Notes under the pieces: generated by a model
Databases searched by the model: none
What the model saw: only the letters and a program-made list of their open reading frames with translations
Told to the model about the DNA's origin: nothing
Part shown: in pieces, positions 58,492-64,000 of the stretch
Position numbering within the stretch: the first letter of the stretch is position 1
How the letters are laid out: each line of letters begins with the position of its first letter
Made by a program: the position numbers and the translations under genes
DNA from: Acidobacteriota bacterium
GTDB lineage: Bacteria; Acidobacteriota; UBA6911; RPQK01; JAJDTT01
Assembly: GCA_965263035.1 (NCBI GenBank)
Contig: OZ253580.1
Location: forward strand, 768,001-832,000
Direction of reading: 5' to 3'
Length of the DNA: 64,000 nt

Positions 58492-58536
58492 TCCTTTTCC
58501 TGCAGACCCGGCGGCGGTGTAGACTGGTCACTCAAG

Positions 58537-59862
58537 ATGAACCCCTCGGCAGCTCCCCCGCAGGTCAAGGCCTTCCACGTCCTCACCAAACCAACCGGGC
58601 CCATCTGCAACCTGGACTGCAAGTACTGCTTCTACCTGGAAAAGGAGAACCTCTACGCAGATACGTCACGGTGGGCCATGCGGGAGGACGTCCTGGAATC
58701 CTACGTCCGCCAGTACATCGAGTCCCAGAGAGCGCCGGTCATCAGCTTCGCCTGGCAGGGGGGCGAGCCCACCCTCCTGGGTGTGGATTTCTTCCGGAAG
58801 GTGGTCCGGCTACAGGCCAAGTACGCGGCGGGGAAAAAGATCGAGAACGGCTTTCAGACCAACGGCGTCCTGTTGGACGACCGTTGGGGAGAGTTCCTGG
58901 CCGAGAACGGGTTCCTGGTGGGGATCTCCATCGACGGGCCCGAGCGTCTCCATGACCGCTACCGGGTGGACAAGGGGGGAGCCCCCTCCTTTCGAAGAGT
59001 GATGAGGGGACTGGGCTACCTCCGGAAACACGGTGTCGAGTACAACACCCTGACCGTGGTGCAGAGGAGCAACTCCCGCCATCCCCTGGAGGTGTACCGC
59101 TTTCTCAAGGAGGCGGGCAGCCGCTTCATGCAATTCATTCCCATCGTGGAGCGAGCTTCGCACCAGCCGGACGACGCCGGCCTGGTGCTGATTTCCCCGG
59201 ATTCGGGGGAGCCGGCCCGGGTCACGCCCTGGTCGGTGGAAGCGGTCCAATACGGCAAGTTCCTCTGCGCCATCTTCGACGAGTGGGTGCGGCGGGACGT
59301 GGGACGGTATTACGTGCAGATCTTCGACGTGGCCCTGGAGAGCTGGATGGGCATGAGCGCCAGCTTGTGTGTCTTCCGCGAGACCTGCGGCACGGCCCTG
59401 GCCCTGGAACATAACGGAGACCTCTATTCTTGCGACCACTACGTCTACCCCGAAAACCTCCTGGGCAACATCATGGAGGATCCCATGGGGTCCCTGGTCA
59501 CCTCATCCAGCCAGGTGCGTTTCGGCCAGAACAAGCGGGACCTCCTCCCCCGCTACTGCCGGGAATGCGAGGTCCGGTTCGCCTGCAACGGCGAGTGTCC
59601 CAAGCACCGTTTCATCCGGACACCTCACGGGGAAGAGGGGCTCAACTACCTCTGCGCCGGATACAAGCTCTTCTTCGGGCATATCGACCCCTATATGCGT
59701 TTCATGGCGGGAGAGCTTCGCCAGGGACGGGCTCCGGCCAACGTCATGGCCTGGGTCCGGCGGCAGGAATTGGAGGCTCAGGGAAGACGCCGCCCCGGAC
59801 GAAACGATCCCTGCCTCTGCGGAAGCGGCAAGAAGTACAAGAAGTGTTGCGGCCGGCGTTGA
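58537..59862 (+). CDS. Anaerobic sulfatase-maturating radical SAM/SPASM enzyme with C-terminal SEC-C motif
   Basis: KPTGPICNLDCKYCFY, WQGGEPTL, GISIDGP, SPASM Cys (CVFRETCG, YSCDHY, CRECEVRFACNGECPK, YLCAG), GRNDPCLCGSGKKYKKCCG. Confidence 0.92.
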   Translation: MNPSAAPPQVKAFHVLTKPTGPICNLDCKYCFYLEKENLYADTSRWAMREDVLESYVRQYIESQRAPVISFAWQGGEPTLLGVDFFRKVVRLQAKYAAGKKIENGFQTNGVLLDDRWGEFLAENGFLVGISIDGPERLHDRYRVDKGGAPSFRRVMRGLGYLRKHGVEYNTLTVVQRSNSRHPLEVYRFLKEAGSRFMQFIPIVERASHQPDDAGLVLISPDSGEPARVTPWSVEAVQYGKFLCAIFDEWVRRDVGRYYVQIFDVALESWMGMSASLCVFRETCGTALALEHNGDLYSCDHYVYPENLLGNIMEDPMGSLVTSSSQVRFGQNKRDLLPRYCRECEVRFACNGECPKHRFIRTPHGEEGLNYLCAGYKLFFGHIDPYMRFMAGELRQGRAPANVMAWVRRQELEAQGRRRPGRNDPCLCGSGKKYKKCCGRR

Positions 59863-60045
59863 AGCGGCCCGGCCGAGTGGTCAGGAGCCTCTGTCCCGAC
59901 GCAAGATAGCCGGGAGCCTCGGCCAGTGGCGCCGATGTGTCCGCGCCCGTGCCGACCAACAGGGCAGTCTAAGAGCAAAAAGAATAGAGTTGGATCGGCC
60001 GACGACGAGTACGAATCATATCCATATCCACACTCACGATTCGTG

Positions 60046-60267
60046 TCACAGTAGCCCCGAAAACTCTTCAACACTGAGGCCTACATGCCTGATGATGCCA
60101 CGCAATGTTCCCCTGTCCAGTTCCTTGTGATCGGGAACAACTACCTGAGAGAAAGGAATGTCTCGACGCAAAATCATATGGCTGCCATGTTGTCGTTTCA
60201 GGTAATATCCGATCTTTCCAAGTGCTTTCGCGCAGTCTCGTCCCGATATTCTCGGCAACCTCTTCAT
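60046..60267 (-). CDS. hicA: HicA family toxin
   Basis: LPRISGRD..RQHGSHMIL..VVVPDHKELDRGTLRGII. Confidence 0.9.
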   Translation of the reverse strand: MKRLPRISGRDCAKALGKIGYYLKRQHGSHMILRRDIPFSQVVVPDHKELDRGTLRGIIRHVGLSVEEFSGLL

Positions 60268-60473
60268 AGGGCGACTACGACTGCCTCAAAGTGTTCTTCC
60301 GGAATCGGCAATCCGTCTTCCTCAAGAGACGCGATGTATCCGGCAATTGCCTCTTTGATATTCACAATGGCTTCCTGTTTGGTTCTTCCCTGACTGATGC
60401 AACCCGTTAAACTGGGGCATTCAGCAACCCAATAGCCGTCTTCGCCGGGGTAAAGCATGACTTGCCTCATCAC
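60264..60473 (-). CDS. hicB: HicB family antitoxin (short form, no DNA-binding domain)
   Basis: EDGYWVAECPSLTGCISQGRTKQEAIVNIKEAI; GGAGG upstream; ATGA overlap with hicA. Confidence 0.9.
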   Translation of the reverse strand: MMRQVMLYPGEDGYWVAECPSLTGCISQGRTKQEAIVNIKEAIAGYIASLEEDGLPIPEEHFEAVVVAL

Positions 60474-60687
60474 TGCACCTCCAATTCGGCATAGCCGCCC
60501 GTAGCTGCCGCAGTATATCAGCCCACTCGGTTCGCACGGCCTGTCTATTCGAGACTGGCTTCGTTTCGTGGTCGAACGCGGGATGCTACCTATGCGGCGT
60601 GGTCAGGGCTCGCGTCGCCCAGGTGAGCGCGCGAAAGGCAAATGTGACATCGCCTCTCCTGACGAGCGATGCACTCCGAACCCCTGA

Positions 60688-62928
60688 TCATCGACCGGAG
60701 GTATCTTGGCCCCCGGTCGATACGGCGACCCCCGGTCCTTCTTCCAGCAACCGGGCCAGGACCTCCGGCTCCGACGTGGGTAGCCGGCAGACGTAGTTCT
60801 CGCAGACGTAGGCGGTCGCCTTCCCTCCGGCGGGAACCATGGCCCGGACGGCCGGATTGCTCCTCCCCAGGTATTCCTGTCCGGTTCCACCGTCGGCAAA
60901 GAGGAGGACCTTGTTGGGAACGTAGGTGGAATGGACCACCTCGAGCAGAGCCCGGACGGCGGCGCCTGACGGGTCGCCCGCCAGAACCACCTGCTTCGGC
61001 GTGCCCAGGTGGAAGTCGAGGGCGGCGAGCATGTGGGGGAGGGCTTGGGGATGCTCCCGCAACCGGTTCCCGAAATGCTTCAGGGCCGCCTCGGCCAGTC
61101 CCTTCCACTCCGGGTGATGGGTCATCTCCGCCAGGCGCAGGAGGTTCCAGACGGCGACCGAGTTCCCCGCGGGCTCGGCCGCGTCGTAGTCGTCCCGGGT
61201 CCGCAGGATCAGCGACGCGTCTCGTCCCGAGGTGTCGAAGAAGGCCCCCGTTTCCTGGTCGTAGAAGAGTTCGACGGCCGTCTCCGTCAGTTCCATGGAA
61301 CGTTTCAGGTCCCGGATGTCGGAACCGGCCTGGTAGAGGTCGATGAGACCCATGACCAGGAACGCGTAGTCTTCCAGATGCGCCTCGAACCGGGCTTCCC
61401 CCTCCCGGTAACGCCTCAGAAGCCGTCCCGTCTCCTGCTGGTAGAGGTGCTCCATGATGAAGTCGGCCGCCCGCCGGGCCTGCTCCAAATATTCGGCCTC
61501 CCCCAGAACCTGGTGGGACCGGGCGAAGGCGGAGATCATGAGGCCGTTCCAAGAGACCAGGATCTTGTCGTCCAGATGGGGCCTCAGCCGCTGGTTCCGG
61601 GTCTGGAGCAGCCGGCGCCGAGACTCTTCGAGAACCGATTCCACCTGGTCCGGAGACCGCTTGAACTTTCGCGCCGTCTCCTCCAGGGAGTGGGCCCGGT
61701 AGAGAATATTCTGGTTCACGAAGACCTGGTGCGGATCGCTCGGAGCGTTCCCGTCCGGCTCCACCCCGAAGCTGTGGGCGAATACGGCTCCCCGCTCCGG
61801 ACCCAGGATCCGGTCCAGCTCCGCCTGGGTCCAGACGTAGAAGGCGCCCTCCCGTTTCCGATCGGGCTGGGACGGGTCCGTAGCGCTCTCGGCGTCCTCG
61901 GCGGAATAGAACCCACCGGGCGGGTGAGTGAGCCGCCGGCTCACGTAATCCAGGGTCCTCCGGGCCATGGAGGCGAAGAGCGGATTTCGGGTCGACTGGT
62001 AGGCCTCCAGGTAGGAGTTCACCAGTTGGGCCTGATCGTAGAGCATCTTCTCGAAGTGGGGGACCCGCCACTGGCGATCCACCGAGTAGCGGTGAAAACC
62101 ACCCTCGAGGTGGTCGAAAATCCCGCTGGTCGCCATCCCTTTCAAAGTGGTCAAGGTCATTTCCAGAGCCCGGCTCTTGGCCTCCCTCCGGTGATACCGG
62201 AGCAGAAAGTTGAACACCACGGGCCGGGGAAACTTGTTCCCGCGTCCGAAGCCGCCGTAGGTTTCGTCGTAACCGGCTCGAATCGACTCGTACCCCTTCT
62301 TGAGAATCGACACCCCCAAGAGTGAATCCCCGGCCTCCACCCGAGCCTGCTCCCGCAGGAACTCGGTGAGCTGGCGGCCCGCCTCGGCGATGTCGTCCCG
62401 ATTCTTGACCCAGACTTCATGAATCCGGCCGATGAGCGCCCGAAAGGTCTCCGGCGGGACGTAGGTCCGCCCGAAGAAGGGCTCCAGCTCGGGAGTCAGG
62501 AACATGGACATGGGCCAGCCCCCACTCCCGGTGAGAGCCTGCAACGCCGACATGTAGATTCGATCCACGTCCGGACGCTCTTCCCGATCCACCTTGATGT
62601 TGACGAAGTACCGGTTCATGAGGTCCGCGATGCCGGGATTCTCGAACACCTCCCGCTCCATCACGTGGCACCAGTAACACGTGGAGTAGCCGACGGAGAG
62701 AAAGATGGGACGGTTTTCTTCCCGGGCCAGCCGGAAGGCCTCCTCGCCCCACGGGTACCAGTCCACCGGGTTGTAGGCGTGTTGCAGAAGGTAGGGACTC
62801 TTCTCTTGGATCAGCCGATTGGATCGGCCTTTGGACGTTTCCTCGGCGCCCGCTGAGCAGACCTGAATGGCGCCTCCCAGCAGAACCAGCAGCAGCGTCA
62901 GAACCGGTCTCATAAAGGCACGCTCCAT
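60688..62928 (-). CDS. YyaL/SSP411-like protein (thioredoxin DUF255 domain + six-hairpin glycosidase-like domain), with signal peptide
   Basis: [63 protein letters not shown]. Confidence 0.92.
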   Translation of the reverse strand: MERAFMRPVLTLLLVLLGGAIQVCSAGAEETSKGRSNRLIQEKSPYLLQHAYNPVDWYPWGEEAFRLAREENRPIFLSVGYSTCYWCHVMEREVFENPGIADLMNRYFVNIKVDREERPDVDRIYMSALQALTGSGGWPMSMFLTPELEPFFGRTYVPPETFRALIGRIHEVWVKNRDDIAEAGRQLTEFLREQARVEAGDSLLGVSILKKGYESIRAGYDETYGGFGRGNKFPRPVVFNFLLRYHRREAKSRALEMTLTTLKGMATSGIFDHLEGGFHRYSVDRQWRVPHFEKMLYDQAQLVNSYLEAYQSTRNPLFASMARRTLDYVSRRLTHPPGGFYSAEDAESATDPSQPDRKREGAFYVWTQAELDRILGPERGAVFAHSFGVEPDGNAPSDPHQVFVNQNILYRAHSLEETARKFKRSPDQVESVLEESRRRLLQTRNQRLRPHLDDKILVSWNGLMISAFARSHQVLGEAEYLEQARRAADFIMEHLYQQETGRLLRRYREGEARFEAHLEDYAFLVMGLIDLYQAGSDIRDLKRSMELTETAVELFYDQETGAFFDTSGRDASLILRTRDDYDAAEPAGNSVAVWNLLRLAEMTHHPEWKGLAEAALKHFGNRLREHPQALPHMLAALDFHLGTPKQVVLAGDPSGAAVRALLEVVHSTYVPNKVLLFADGGTGQEYLGRSNPAVRAMVPAGGKATAYVCENYVCRLPTSEPEVLARLLEEGPGVAVSTGGQDTSGR

Positions 62929-62954
62929 CCCCCGGCGCTAAGTGCGATCGGCTA

Positions 62955-64000
62955 CTACCAAGCCTCCCTGTAGATCTCCATGGCGTCCAGGGAGGTCAGC
63001 CGGCGTGGATTGAATCCCACGGTCCAATGAGAGGAGGCCTCAGCCGCCAAGCGATCCAAATCCCCCTCCGAAACCCCCTCGGTTCGCAGTTCCCGGGGGA
63101 GTTGTGCCAACGCGGCCAATTCGTCCAACCTTTGGGCCAGTGACTCGGAAGCACCACTACGCTTCCAGGAGTTGCCGCCGGAAAGGTGCAACAGATCCCG
63201 GTAAGCGGATTCGGCTGCACTGCCCGTCCAGCGGATGACCGGCGAAAGCAACAGGCCGATGGCGACTCCGTGCGGTGTCCGGTACCGGGCCGACAAGGGA
63301 TTGGCGCAGGCATGGGCCGCACCCACCGAGGAATTCTCGATGGCCAGACCGGCATAGAACGCGCCCAACTGCATCGCTCCCCGGGCCGCCAGGTCCGTGG
63401 GGTCGCGCAGCACCCGCTCGTAGTTCCGTTCCAACAGCCACCAGGCTTCGCGGGAGAAGGACTGGGAAAGCGGAGTGTTCCGCTTGCTGCAATACGATTC
63501 CACCGCGTGGGAGAGGGCGTCGAATCCCGTGGCGCTGCTGACGCCGGCCGGTTGGGAAAGGGTCAGGCAGGGGTCGAGTATGGCGACTCGAAAAGCGGCT
63601 TGGGGATCGCCACAGGCCATCTTCACGTGAGTGCGGGCATCCGCGATGATGGCGTACGACTGGGCTTCGCTCCCGGTCCCGGTGGTAGTGGGAATCCCGA
63701 TCATGGGCAGCATCCGGCCCGGTGCCCGGCCATAGCCCTGGTAGTCGTGGATGCTTCCCCCACCCGTGAGCAGAAAGTTGATGGCCTTGGCGCAGTCCAT
63801 GGAGCTGCCCCCTCCGAGGCCCACCAAAGAGTCGATTGCCAGAGGTCGTGCGAACCTCGCGCCTCTCTCCACCATCTCCGAGTCCGGATCGGGCCCGAAG
63901 TCATGGAATCCATGCACTTGGACGCCGGACTCGGCAAGGATCCCGGAGACCGTCTCGACGTGACCCGATTCCACCAGCCCCGGGTCCGAGACCAGCAGCG
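62955..64000 (-). CDS. Iron-containing alcohol dehydrogenase (5' end beyond the window)
   Basis: LLVSDPGLV continues to the edge; GGGSSMDCAK, PTTTGTGSE, DALSHAVE, GAAHA, PHG. Confidence 0.9.
   Translation of the reverse strand, partial: LLVSDPGLVESGHVETVSGILAESGVQVHGFHDFGPDPDSEMVERGARFARPLAIDSLVGLGGGSSMDCAKAINFLLTGGGSIHDYQGYGRAPGRMLPMIGIPTTTGTGSEAQSYAIIADARTHVKMACGDPQAAFRVAILDPCLTLSQPAGVSSATGFDALSHAVESYCSKRNTPLSQSFSREAWWLLERNYERVLRDPTDLAARGAMQLGAFYAGLAIENSSVGAAHACANPLSARYRTPHGVAIGLLLSPVIRWTGSAAESAYRDLLHLSGGNSWKRSGASESLAQRLDELAALAQLPRELRTEGVSEGDLDRLAAEASSHWTVGFNPRRLTSLDAMEIYREAW

Overview
GC-rich bacterial chromosomal window. The two TonB-dependent receptors with an N-terminal carboxypeptidase-regulatory-like domain, the ASPIC/UnbV protein and the CocE paralogs suggest Acidobacteriota; this is inference, not a database result. 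Left half (1-27.9 kb) is a catabolic/uptake block: a ceramidase-like hydrolase, three CocE/NonD serine hydrolases, a fused E1alpha/beta plus E2 2-oxoacid dehydrogenase, a hydantoinase/oxoprolinase A+B pair, two enolase-superfamily genes, an SSS symporter with a small membrane partner, a LamG lipoprotein and a TonB receptor. One enolase gene is split by a complete 1,512-bp IS1595-family element (24-bp TIRs, 8-bp TSD) carrying a DNA-methyltransferase fragment. The middle has tRNA-Arg(CCT), tRNA-Pro(CGG), housekeeping genes and a COG3044-type ATPase whose last 232 bp are duplicated around a REP-associated tyrosine transposase (RAYT) cassette. The right half has an orphan operon (GT4 glycosyltransferase fused to an ABC ATPase, large FtsX-type permease, HemN-like radical SAM, flavin halogenase-like protein, thioesterase, CoA ligase, convergent PQQ-like propeller), then addBA-like genes, vapBC, an anaerobic sulfatase maturase, hicBA, a YyaL-like protein and a partial Fe-ADH. 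The best candidates for undescribed biology are the orphan operon and the RAYT cassette with the duplicated gene tail. All calls come from reading motifs by eye; no searches were run.
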